From IMG/VR virus record IMGVR_UViG_3300000948_000001, positions 1 through 44,732 of that record: a stretch of DNA of 44,732 bases; one strand, 5' to 3'. The stretch is from a virus. This document shows positions 6,730-15,600 of the stretch, one piece after another. The position numbers and the translations under genes were made by a program. Within the stretch, counting starts at the first letter, position 1; each line of letters opens with the position of its first letter. Below the pieces are notes generated by a model. The model was not told where the DNA came from. It did no database searches and worked only from the letters and a program-made list of their open reading frames with translations.

Positions 6730-7229
6730 CAAGCATACAGATTAATAAATTGAAACCATACGATAAAAACCCACGTATAAATCAGGGTGCGGTTAAGTAC
6801 GTTGTGAATTCCATCAAAGCGAATGGTTTTAACCAGCCACTGGTTGTGGATCAAAACTTTGTTGTTTGTGTTGGTCACACTCGTTTGATGGCGGCGAAAG
6901 AAATGGGTATGAAACATGTTCCTTGCTATGTAAAAAAAATGAGCAAGGAACAATTTATTGCATACAATTTAGCTGACAATAAAACCTCTGAGTACTCGCA
7001 GTGGGATAAAGATCTATTAAAAGAAAACATGATGGAACTAAACTTAATAGATGACAATTACCTTGAAGGCACTGGTTTCGATCAAGACTATATTGATCAT
7101 CTTCTTGGTGACCTTGAGGATGAAACAGATTACAGCGAAAAGAATAAAGAGATTGATACCAGCTCTTACGGCGAAGACCTTGATATGAAATGTCCGAAGT
7201 GTTCGTTTGAATTTTCGAGTGGCAAATGA
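6720..7229 (+). CDS. ParB-like nuclease domain protein
   Basis: ParB/Srx N-terminal pattern: I.I..L.PYDKNPR....AV..V..SI...GF.QPLVV......V.GHTRL.AAKE.G; C-terminal CPKC half zinc ribbon. Confidence 0.8.
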   Translation: MEVTSIQINKLKPYDKNPRINQGAVKYVVNSIKANGFNQPLVVDQNFVVCVGHTRLMAAKEMGMKHVPCYVKKMSKEQFIAYNLADNKTSEYSQWDKDLLKENMMELNLIDDNYLEGTGFDQDYIDHLLGDLEDETDYSEKNKEIDTSSYGEDLDMKCPKCSFEFSSGK

Positions 7230-8254
7230 GTTTTAGTTATCGCTGGCATTTGACTGATTTAGAGAAAGTGAAGAAGAACGGCCTTAATGTTTTTTCTTGT
7301 TTCGCCTGCGGTGGCGGAAGTTCCATGGGCTATAAGATGTCTGGTTTCAACGTACTTGGTTGCAACGAAATAGATACAGAAATGATTGAGGTTTATAAAC
7401 AAAACCATAAACCTAAGTACGCTTTTTTAGAATCAATCGAAACATTCAAGCTTCGTGACGATTTGCCAGAAGAACTATTTAACTTAGATATACTTGACGG
7501 CTCTCCCCCTTGTTCTAGTTTTTCCACGGCAGGAAACAGAGACAAGGATTGGGGTAAAGATAAAAAGTTTCGTGAAGGCCAAGCCAATCAGGTTTTGGAT
7601 GATTTATTTTTTCACTACATTGATTTGGCCAAAAAGCTGCAACCAAAAGTAGTAGTCGCTGAGAATGTTAAGGGCATGTTGGTTGGTAATGCTAAAGGTT
7701 ATGTTAAGAAAGTTATCGCCGGTTTTAAAGATGCTGGTTATGACGTGCAATTGTTTTTATTAAATGGTGCGTCAATGGGACTTCCACAAATTCGGGAGAG
7801 AGTGTTTTTTATATGCAGAAGAAAAGATCTGGGCTTTTCAAATCTAAAGCTAGAGTTCAATGAGAAACCGGTCACGGTCCGCCAAGCTTTCGGAGATTGC
7901 ATTGGAAACAAAGGTGCTGACAAGAGTGGCTCAAAAAACTACTCACTGTGGTTAAAGACTAAACCGGGGGAACGTCTGTCTTCAGTTCATCACAAAGGCA
8001 GTCTTTTTAGTCGATACAAGCTTGATCCAGATAAACCTTCGCCAACACTTACTGGTCATTGCGCCACCGATCTTCTTCGATGGGACACAATGCACAAACT
8101 TACTAATGAGCAGTTTTGTTTACTTGGTTCTTACCCGCTTGATTATAAGTTTAAAAAAGAAAACCTAGCCCCGTATCAAATTGGTATGAGTGTTCCGCCT
8201 TTGATGATGCATAAAATAAGTGAGCAAATTTATGGACAATGGTTTAGAAAATAA
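7226..8254 (+). CDS. dcm: DNA (cytosine-5)-methyltransferase
   Basis: Motif I FSCFACGGGSS, motif IV GSPPCSSFS (PC catalytic dipeptide), motif VI ENVKGM, motif VIII QIRERVFFI. Confidence 0.9.
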   Translation: MSFSYRWHLTDLEKVKKNGLNVFSCFACGGGSSMGYKMSGFNVLGCNEIDTEMIEVYKQNHKPKYAFLESIETFKLRDDLPEELFNLDILDGSPPCSSFSTAGNRDKDWGKDKKFREGQANQVLDDLFFHYIDLAKKLQPKVVVAENVKGMLVGNAKGYVKKVIAGFKDAGYDVQLFLLNGASMGLPQIRERVFFICRRKDLGFSNLKLEFNEKPVTVRQAFGDCIGNKGADKSGSKNYSLWLKTKPGERLSSVHHKGSLFSRYKLDPDKPSPTLTGHCATDLLRWDTMHKLTNEQFCLLGSYPLDYKFKKENLAPYQIGMSVPPLMMHKISEQIYGQWFRK

Positions 8255-10175
8255 TCAACAAGACGTAGCCATTGACTATAAGCTTCTTATGAAAAGCACG
8301 GTTGTGGACGACTTCTTTTTAAAAAGTTTAAAGCCGCCAGAGAAGTTGGTTGTAAGTGAGTGGGCGGATAAGTATAGAATACTTTCTAGAACTTCAAGTG
8401 CAGAGCCCGGAAAGTGGCGAACGAAAAGGGCACCTTATTTAAAAGAGCCAATGGATTGTTTAAGTGAAGACCACCCATGCACTGAAGTTGTCGTGATGAA
8501 AGGCTCACAGATTGGTTTTTCGGAAGCGGGTTTTAACTGGCTTGGATACATAGTTGACCACGCACCGGGGCCGACCATGATGGTGATGCCAACCGTTGAC
8601 ACTGCGAAACGAAATGTAAAGATGCGGCTTGATCCCATGTTTCAAGAAACGCCTGCATTAAAAGAAAAAATAGGTACAAAAAAAGCTAAGGACGAAGACA
8701 ATACCAATACTATGAAGATGTTCCCGGGCGGGGTGCTTATTGTATCGGGCGGAAATTCGGCGGCTTCTCTTAGATCTGTTCCTATTAAATATTTATTTTT
8801 AGACGAAGAAGATGCTTACCCACTCGACTTGGACGGGGAGGGTAGTCCAATCGAGCTTGCGAAGAAACGTACTAAAACTTTCGGCTCACGTAAAAAGGTT
8901 TTTAGAATTTCGACACCAGTTTACGAAGACAGTTCCACGATTGCGGTTGCCTACGAGGAGTCAAACAAAAAAAAATACCACGTGCCCTGCCCTGACTGCG
9001 ACACCATGCAGGTTATCGAGTGGAAAAACATTAAGTGGGAAGAAGACAATATAAGTAATGTTTGGCTTGAGTGCGTTGAATGTGAGCATAAGATTGAAGA
9101 ACACAACAAGACAATGATGCTTCAAGAGGGTGAGTGGATTGCCGAGAAACCTGAAATTGATATTGAGGGTTTTCATATTTCATCTTTGTACTCACCACTT
9201 GGTTGGTATTCGTGGCAAGAAGCTGTCGAAGATTTTATAGCTGCGAAAGATTCAGAAGAAAAAATGAAGACCTTCCACAACACCACGCTTGGCTTGACTT
9301 GGAAAGAACGTGGTGATGCTCCCCCGTGGAAAAGTTTATACGTGAGAAGAGAAAACTATAAGATAGGCGTTGTCCCTAAAGGTGTTTACTTTTTAACAAT
9401 GGCCGTGGACATTCAAAAAAATCGCATCGAACTAGAGGTTGTCGGATGGGGGAAGAGGCAAGAAAGTTGGTCGATTGTCCACGAGATTATTGAAGGCGAC
9501 ACCTCGGATGAAAAGGTTTGGGGCAAGCTAGATTACTTCATTCAAAAACAGTATCCCATGGAAGATAGCGAGCAAGACTTGCCTATTAAGATGACAGCAA
9601 TTGACTCGGGATTTAACTCACAGCGGGTTTATCAGTTTTGCCGAAAGTATCCTAGAAGCCGTGTAATACCTATTAAGGGTTCCGCCACATCGCAGGTTGC
9701 TGTGCAAATACCCAAATCTATAGACATTAGAAGCAACAAGGCTAAGTATCACCGCTTTGGTATGAGGGTTTGGAACATCGGTGTAAGCATCATTAAGACC
9801 GAAATTTATTCACAATTAAAGCAACCACCACCGGCCGAGGATGAGGCTACACCCTATGGGTGGCACCACTTTCCGGAATACGGCGAAGAATATTTCAAGC
9901 AACTAACTGCCGAGCAACACGTTAAGAAAAAAAATAAACGTGGCTACTACGTTTACGAGTGGATGAAAATAAGAGACCGCAATGAGATTTTGGATTTAAG
10001 GGTTTATAACAGAGCTGCCTCAATAGTTTTAGGAATTGATAAAATGTCCGATGCGGATTTTGAATCTTTAATGCAAAACTCGCCGGTTGTAAAAACAGCA
10101 AAAGTGGGCGACAATAGTAACAGCATCCAAAAAGTCAAGCCAAGAAAAAAGAAGAAATCTGACTTTTGGGACTAG
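8220..10175 (+). CDS. terL: terminase large subunit, lambda GpA family
   Basis: Colinear similarity to lambda gpA as recalled (SEWAD..., KGSQIGFSE Walker-A-like region, LDEEDAY, CPDC...C.EC zinc motif, FHNTTLG.TW). The track start is GTG 8220; ATG 8232 is an alternative. Confidence 0.95.
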   Translation: MSKFMDNGLENNQQDVAIDYKLLMKSTVVDDFFLKSLKPPEKLVVSEWADKYRILSRTSSAEPGKWRTKRAPYLKEPMDCLSEDHPCTEVVVMKGSQIGFSEAGFNWLGYIVDHAPGPTMMVMPTVDTAKRNVKMRLDPMFQETPALKEKIGTKKAKDEDNTNTMKMFPGGVLIVSGGNSAASLRSVPIKYLFLDEEDAYPLDLDGEGSPIELAKKRTKTFGSRKKVFRISTPVYEDSSTIAVAYEESNKKKYHVPCPDCDTMQVIEWKNIKWEEDNISNVWLECVECEHKIEEHNKTMMLQEGEWIAEKPEIDIEGFHISSLYSPLGWYSWQEAVEDFIAAKDSEEKMKTFHNTTLGLTWKERGDAPPWKSLYVRRENYKIGVVPKGVYFLTMAVDIQKNRIELEVVGWGKRQESWSIVHEIIEGDTSDEKVWGKLDYFIQKQYPMEDSEQDLPIKMTAIDSGFNSQRVYQFCRKYPRSRVIPIKGSATSQVAVQIPKSIDIRSNKAKYHRFGMRVWNIGVSIIKTEIYSQLKQPPPAEDEATPYGWHHFPEYGEEYFKQLTAEQHVKKKNKRGYYVYEWMKIRDRNEILDLRVYNRAASIVLGIDKMSDADFESLMQNSPVVKTAKVGDNSNSIQKVKPRKKKKSDFWD

Positions 10176-10198
10176 CTGTTTTTTCAAGGGGGCCAAAC

Positions 10199-10516
10199 TT
10201 GTCAAAAAATAATTCGTCTTACAAATGTCCTTACACGTTTGATGACCTCGAAAGGTTAGAGCGTGCAATCGGTGAAGGTGTAAGAGAAGTTGAGTATGCT
10301 GACAAAAAGCTTGTTTACCGAAGTCTTGATGATATGCTTAAGACCGCTCATTACATGCGTGTTAAGCTCGGGATAATTAATAGTGCTGGTTCTCGCAACG
10401 GTTTGTTCGGTGGTAAGCGTATTACCATGAGGCCAACTAAGGGCTTGAATGATTCGTGTGATTCTGGAAACGAGCACGGCGAGCACGAAAGATTTGACCG
10501 AAACGAAGACCACTAG
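10199..10516 (+). CDS. gpW-like head-tail joining protein
   Basis: Position between terL and portal. The segment L..L..AI..G...V.Y.D+.V.YRS..DML is gpW-like. TTG 10199 follows an AGGGGG RBS; the track gives 10166. Confidence 0.55.
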   Translation: MSKNNSSYKCPYTFDDLERLERAIGEGVREVEYADKKLVYRSLDDMLKTAHYMRVKLGIINSAGSRNGLFGGKRITMRPTKGLNDSCDSGNEHGEHERFDRNEDH

Positions 10517-10525
10517 GGAAAAAAC

Positions 10526-11959
10526 ATGCCTAATTTTTTTACTAAACTATTCAAAAGAAAAAAAACTCGTTCGTACGAGGGTGCTAGTAGAAAAAAAAGA
10601 CTTAAAAACTGGAGAGCTTCACGCTCAAGCCAGAATGCTGAAACATCAATGGGCTTGGATACTCTTAGAAGTAGATCAAGGGACTTGGTTAGAAATAATC
10701 CCCTTGCATTTAAAGGTGTGAATGTAATCGCTTCTAATGTTGTTGGCCACGGGGTTAAAACTCGTTTTTCTGGTGCGGGATCTGAGAGAATTCAAGCGGC
10801 ATGGGACCGCTGGTCGGCTTCAACCAGTTTCGATTTTAACGGCGGCTTAAGCTTTAATGCAATGCAGTCAGTCGTTATGAAGGCAATCGTCGAGTCGGGC
10901 GAAGTTTTAGTACGTAAAAGAATTAATACGAGTGCTGATTTTCCTTTGCAGTATCAGATTTTAGAAGGCGACTTTCTAGTTAATAGCCTTCACTCAGAGA
11001 ACGGCAACAACGTTGTTCAAGGTGTCGAGCTTGATGACGATGGTCGAGTAACGGGTTATCATCTTTACGAGCAACACCCGGGCGATGCACTTGGATCTTT
11101 TAACAGCATAACAACGGGCTCAAAACTTGGAACCAATCGCTTTGATAAGAGTGATGTTCACCATGTTTTTAGAATCGACAGACCCGGTCAACTTCGTGGT
11201 GTTCCATGGGTTGCACCGATCATGGTTCGTTTAAAAGATGTTGATGAATTTGTTGACGCAACCATTATGAAACAAAAAGTTGCAGCTTGCTTTGCTGGTT
11301 TTGTAACTGACATGAGTTTCGAGCTTGTCGATCCGACGGCTATGGCTCAAGACAACACTCAAATTTCTCAGTCAATAGAGCCGGGGGTTATTGAAGAGCT
11401 TCCACTTGGTAAAGATATTAAGTTTCCAAACCCGCCGAGTGTTGAAGATTTTAAAGACTTCCAATCAATACTTGGCCACAACATCGCAAGTGGTCTTGGT
11501 ATTTCATACGAAGCACTGACAGGTGATTTAAGTGAAGTCAATTTCAGCTCGGCACGAATGGGTTGGATTGAAATGGGGCGTAACATTGACCAGTGGCGAA
11601 ACTGTATTCTTATCAATATGTTTATAGATAAAGTCGTTGATGATTTCCTTGAGGTTTACTCAATGGATAACGGCTTTGATGTCTCGGGTATTACAAGGTC
11701 TCACACACCGCCGAAACGAGAGATGATTGATCCGATGAAAGAGACGAACGCTATTATAAAATCTGTTCGTGGCGGGATGATGTCACTATCGGAAGCTATT
11801 TCCGCTTCTGGTAAAGATCCTCAAAAAGTATTTGAAAGAATCAAAGAAGATAACGATCTACTAGATACCCTAGGTATTGTCCTTGACTCAGATCCGAGAA
11901 GGGTAACGCAAGCGGGAATGGTGCAACCAGAGGAGTTAAATGATGAAAGTCCAGAATAG
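10526..11959 (+). CDS. portal protein, lambda gpB family
   Basis: SYEGA..R....W......N....L..LRSRSRDLVRNNP motif and the C-terminal GISYE.L.GD....NFSSARMG region resemble lambda gpB. Confidence 0.9.
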   Translation: MPNFFTKLFKRKKTRSYEGASRKKRLKNWRASRSSQNAETSMGLDTLRSRSRDLVRNNPLAFKGVNVIASNVVGHGVKTRFSGAGSERIQAAWDRWSASTSFDFNGGLSFNAMQSVVMKAIVESGEVLVRKRINTSADFPLQYQILEGDFLVNSLHSENGNNVVQGVELDDDGRVTGYHLYEQHPGDALGSFNSITTGSKLGTNRFDKSDVHHVFRIDRPGQLRGVPWVAPIMVRLKDVDEFVDATIMKQKVAACFAGFVTDMSFELVDPTAMAQDNTQISQSIEPGVIEELPLGKDIKFPNPPSVEDFKDFQSILGHNIASGLGISYEALTGDLSEVNFSSARMGWIEMGRNIDQWRNCILINMFIDKVVDDFLEVYSMDNGFDVSGITRSHTPPKREMIDPMKETNAIIKSVRGGMMSLSEAISASGKDPQKVFERIKEDNDLLDTLGIVLDSDPRRVTQAGMVQPEELNDESPE

Positions 11960-14009
11960 AAAACTAGCTAAAGGTTTAATTGAAGCTCGTATGCTTCCCG
12001 AAACCTTTGACGCTCAAACGAGAACCATTGACGTTGTTTGGTCAACTGGTATGCCGGTAAAGCGTTTTGATTTTTTCGAAGGGAAGTTTTTCTTAGAAGA
12101 GCTGTCTATGGAACCTAGTGCTATAAGACTAGACCGTTTACAAAACGGTGCTCCAGTCCTTAACACCCACGATCAAAGCAGACTTGAAGACGTTATAGGG
12201 GTTGTTGAGAGTGCTTCAGTATCCAACGGTCAAGGCCTTGCTACACTTAAGCTTTCAGACACAGCTGAAGATTCAAACATCATTCGAAAAATAACAGACG
12301 GCATCATTAGAAATATTTCCGTTGGTTATAAAATTCATAAGGCAGAAGAAACCATTGACGAAGAAACAAACATGAGTACGTTTCGAGTCATTGACTGGGA
12401 ACCACTAGAGATATCTTTTGTTCCAGTTCCTGCCGACTTCAATTCTCAAGTACGTGGCGAGGCACTTGAGAAGGCAAAAAACTCAATACAGTCGTTTGAC
12501 TGTGAGATTTTAATAAACCCATTGGAAGGAGAAAGAATGGTCAAGAAAAATGACGTTCTTCTCAGGGAAGAGGAAGAGTCAAACGCTGTTGAGACACCAG
12601 CTGCCGAAGAGACTTCAACCGAAACTCCTGCAGAAGAAAAAGAAGAAGGCGGCGAAAAAGAAGAGCCAAAAGCTGACGAGTCAAAAGACGAAGCTACTGA
12701 TGAAAAATCAGAAGAAGAATCAAAAGACTGTGACGCTAGTGAGCGAAAACTTCAAGTTGCTGAAAGAGAGCGAGTACTTGAGATCATCGAGATGTGTAAA
12801 CGTCATGATGTAGATTCAAAAGTACAAAGAAGTTTTATTGAAGGCAACCTAAGTGTAAAAGATGCCGGATCTGAGATTTTAAAACAGATCGAAAAAAGAA
12901 GTGGCAATAAAAAAACTAACAATAGAGTGGAGACGACAGGGATGGATAACAAAAAGTTACGATCAGAAGCGATGACTAGAGGGCTACTTAACTCAGTAGA
13001 TCCAGTCAAACACAAACTAAAAGACGGTGACAATGAATACCGTGCTGCATCACTACAAAGTGCTGCAAGAATGTATATTGCTAACGAACTAGGTGAGCGT
13101 AATGTTCATTCTATGACTAAGACTCAAGTTGCTCAACGTGCTTTGCACCATGCAAGTGACTTCCCTTTAATCCTTGAGAACCTAGCTAACAAGTTCTTAC
13201 AAGAAGGTTACACAGAAGTAGCTGCTACTTACATGCCGTTTGTTCGTGGCCGTAGTGTTTCAGACTTCAAAGAAGTTTCTGAGTCAAGAATCTCAACCGG
13301 TGGCGTACTTAAGCAAGTAAACGAGCACGGTGAGTACAAGCGTTCGACTATCGCAAGCGATGGCGAAAGATACAGTGTTCAAAAGTTCGGTGAAATCATC
13401 GGTACTACTGAAGAGTTATTAGTAAATGATGACCTAGGTGCATTCACTGGTATTCCTCAAGAGCTAGGTGCTAAGGTTGCTCGTACTGAAAACGAATTGT
13501 TTTGGGAACTAGTTTACGCTCCGCAAACAATGACCGATGGACTTCCATTGTTCGACGCCGCTCACAAAAACATCGGTACTGCTTCAGCAATCAGTGTTCA
13601 AGCATTGTCAGAAGCTCGTTCTGCAATGAGACTTCAAAGAGATATCGACGGTCAAAAACGTCTAAACATCAGACCGGGATACTTAGTTGTGCCTGCAAGT
13701 TTAGAAACAACTGCCGAAAAATTCTTAACAACAATCCAAGCTGACTCAGCTACAAACGTCAACCCATTCGGTGCTTCAATGCAAATGATTGTTGAGCCAA
13801 TTCTTGACGATTCAAGCGACAAGTGCTGGTATGTTTTAGGTTCATTAGCTCAAGGACCAATGGCAATCAAAGCAACACTAGACGGCATGGGGCCACAAAT
13901 TTCAGTTAGACAAAACTGGGATATCGACGGAATGGAAACTAAGATTAAGTATCACTTCGGTATGAGAATTGTTGATCACAGACAATTTTTCAAAAACGAA
14001 GGTCTTTAA
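11940..14009 (+). CDS. prohead protease / acidic scaffold linker / major capsid protein fusion
   Basis: The N-terminus is HK97-type (S78/U35) prohead-protease-like (NTHD..., ISVGY, EISFVPVPAD). There is an acidic E/K-rich linker of about 70 aa. The C-terminal roughly 350 aa are major-capsid-like (SDFK..S..R......LK.V.E.GEYK, DGLPLFD..H.N, LVVP..LE..A). Confidence 0.85.
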   Translation: MMKVQNRKLAKGLIEARMLPETFDAQTRTIDVVWSTGMPVKRFDFFEGKFFLEELSMEPSAIRLDRLQNGAPVLNTHDQSRLEDVIGVVESASVSNGQGLATLKLSDTAEDSNIIRKITDGIIRNISVGYKIHKAEETIDEETNMSTFRVIDWEPLEISFVPVPADFNSQVRGEALEKAKNSIQSFDCEILINPLEGERMVKKNDVLLREEEESNAVETPAAEETSTETPAEEKEEGGEKEEPKADESKDEATDEKSEEESKDCDASERKLQVAERERVLEIIEMCKRHDVDSKVQRSFIEGNLSVKDAGSEILKQIEKRSGNKKTNNRVETTGMDNKKLRSEAMTRGLLNSVDPVKHKLKDGDNEYRAASLQSAARMYIANELGERNVHSMTKTQVAQRALHHASDFPLILENLANKFLQEGYTEVAATYMPFVRGRSVSDFKEVSESRISTGGVLKQVNEHGEYKRSTIASDGERYSVQKFGEIIGTTEELLVNDDLGAFTGIPQELGAKVARTENELFWELVYAPQTMTDGLPLFDAAHKNIGTASAISVQALSEARSAMRLQRDIDGQKRLNIRPGYLVVPASLETTAEKFLTTIQADSATNVNPFGASMQMIVEPILDDSSDKCWYVLGSLAQGPMAIKATLDGMGPQISVRQNWDIDGMETKIKYHFGMRIVDHRQFFKNEGL

Positions 14010-14042
14010 TCTAAACTAACTTACTAATAGGAGAATTAAATT

Positions 14043-14393
14043 ATGAAAAACTTTGTTCAACCAGGACAGGTAATTACAATAAAAGGCGAAACATCACCAG
14101 TAACATCAGGTCACGTATATGACCGTGGTGGAATCATCGGTGTTGCAACTGGTTCACTAACGGCTGACAACATTGCTTCTGGAAAAGATGAATGGGAAAT
14201 GGCTCTAGGGGGCGTTTACTCGTTTCCAGCCGCTGCGGGATTCGCTCCAGCTTTCGGTGATGACGCTTCTTTTGTTTCTGCTTCTGGTGAAGTAGCGGCA
14301 ACTGGTGACATCGCTGCCGGAAAAGTTATCAATGTTGAAGGGACAACTGTCCACGTTCTTGTTAACAACCGAGGCGAAGCTTCAGGTTACTAA
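14043..14393 (+). CDS. DUF2190-family head decoration-like protein
   Basis: AGGAGA RBS. MKNFVQPGQVITI...GVATG...G...E...GGVY matches the typical DUF2190 pattern, and the gene sits directly after the capsid gene. Confidence 0.75.
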   Translation: MKNFVQPGQVITIKGETSPVTSGHVYDRGGIIGVATGSLTADNIASGKDEWEMALGGVYSFPAAAGFAPAFGDDASFVSASGEVAATGDIAAGKVINVEGTTVHVLVNNRGEASGY

Positions 14394-14399
14394 TAATTG

Positions 14400-14425
14400 A
14401 TGCCGCTTCGGCGGCATTTTTTCTT
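14400..14425 (+). terminator. Rho-independent terminator
   Basis: ATGCCGC-TTCG-GCGGCAT stem-loop followed by TTTTTTCTT, 7 nt after the stop codon. Confidence 0.9.
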
Positions 14426-14433
14426 GGGGTGTC

Positions 14434-14805
14434 ATGAGTTCAGATTTTAGAAAACTAGTTGATAGAGCCTTAAAGGTTCAAACCAGAGTTTTTGGGGAAG
14501 AAGTAAAATTCTATCCTAAAGACGGTGGGGTTAAAAAAATCAACGCAGTTTTTGACAATGCTTTTACGGCTATTGATCCTGACACCGAACAAGTCATCAG
14601 TGGAAACCAATCTATATTGGGTGTGAACTTAAACGATATTAATGGAAATGAAATTCATAGGGGAGAATTGTTTGAGGTGCGGGGGACACGCTATAGAGTC
14701 ATCGACGTTCAGGAAGATGGTCAAGGCGGAGCTTCAGTACTCATTCAAAAAGTAAATAGCGATGAGAAGACAGATATTAGAAAATATCCAAGACGCAATC
14801 GGTAA
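14434..14805 (+). CDS. putative head-tail adaptor / head closure protein
   Basis: Position; the pattern FGE.V.FYP.......I.AVFD......D.......... .G.LFEV.G..Y.V..V..DG.G is typical of small head-tail joining proteins. Confidence 0.45.
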   Translation: MSSDFRKLVDRALKVQTRVFGEEVKFYPKDGGVKKINAVFDNAFTAIDPDTEQVISGNQSILGVNLNDINGNEIHRGELFEVRGTRYRVIDVQEDGQGGASVLIQKVNSDEKTDIRKYPRRNR

Positions 14806-15295
14806 CGAAGTAATTAATCGTAAGAGTGTGTTTATAAACAGGGGTATCGACGCCGATGCGGACGAGCTGCCTGTTATTAATATTAACTCTATATCTGAAG
14901 ACATTTCACGCTTTGATCAAAATCCAAAAACCTATAAAAGAAATTTTCAGTTTACTGTCGAGTGCTTGGTCGGTGGCGACACCTTCCAGCAAGTTCACGA
15001 AAGAATTGAAGACATTACCGAAATGGTCGAGCAACTAATTGAGGGAGACAATAGGCTCAACTCAATTAGAATGGAAACAAATTTAAACCGAATAGAGTTT
15101 GAGTATGAATCCGAAGGCGAAGCACCTATTGGTAATTCGATTCTCTATTATAGTGTTGAAAGAACCGAGCCTGCGGAAACAGATCCCGACAAGCTCAGAT
15201 CACTTAGAGACATTCATATCGAGTGGAAACTTCCAGACAATACGAATGAAAACCAAGTTGATGCACTTGATGAAATTAGTAACTTAAACAAATAA
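14762..15295 (+). CDS. putative neck / tail-completion protein
   Basis: Position between the head and tail modules; 44-nt overlap with the previous ORF, so the start is uncertain. Confidence 0.4.
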   Translation: MRRQILENIQDAIGNEVINRKSVFINRGIDADADELPVININSISEDISRFDQNPKTYKRNFQFTVECLVGGDTFQQVHERIEDITEMVEQLIEGDNRLNSIRMETNLNRIEFEYESEGEAPIGNSILYYSVERTEPAETDPDKLRSLRDIHIEWKLPDNTNENQVDALDEISNLNK

Positions 15296-15309
15296 AGGAG
15301 ATTCAAAAG

Positions 15310-15600
15310 GTGAAAAAGATTAAATTAAAACCTTCAGAAGGCTACAAAATCAGAAAACCAAACGGTGACTTTTTAAAAGAAGCTGGTGAAGAAGTTCTGC
15401 AAAGCAGCTACTGGAGAAGAAGAATACAGTTCGGTGAAGTAACAATTGTGAAATTAGGCAATGCTCAAATTGCAAAAGTTGCTACTAAGAAGCCAGAAGA
15501 AAAGAAAGCGGAAACTAAAAAAGCAGAACCTAAAAAGAAGGTTGCTAAAAAGGCCGCAACTAAAAAAACAGATGACAAAAAAGCTAAGGAGAGCAAGTAA
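15310..15600 (+). CDS. DUF2635-like protein with a Lys/Ala-rich (histone H1-like) C-terminal tail
   Basis: GTG start after AAGGAG. The SSYWRRRIQFGEV motif is typical of the DUF2635 genes that precede Mu-type sheath genes. The C-terminus is KKPEEKKAETKKAEPKKKVAKKAATKKTDDKKAKESK. Confidence 0.6.
   Translation: MKKIKLKPSEGYKIRKPNGDFLKEAGEEVLQSSYWRRRIQFGEVTIVKLGNAQIAKVATKKPEEKKAETKKAEPKKKVAKKAATKKTDDKKAKESK

Noticed and set aside
10449-10721. 90-aa ORF bridging the gpW-like and portal genes.
   Set aside because: It overlaps both neighbours out of frame. The portal ATG at 10526 has its own RBS and homology from its N-terminus onwards.
12550-12813. 87-aa lysine-rich ORF in an alternative frame of the capsid polyprotein linker.
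   Set aside because: It is a frame-shifted reading of the GAA/GAG/AAA-rich acidic linker. I treat it as a composition artefact.
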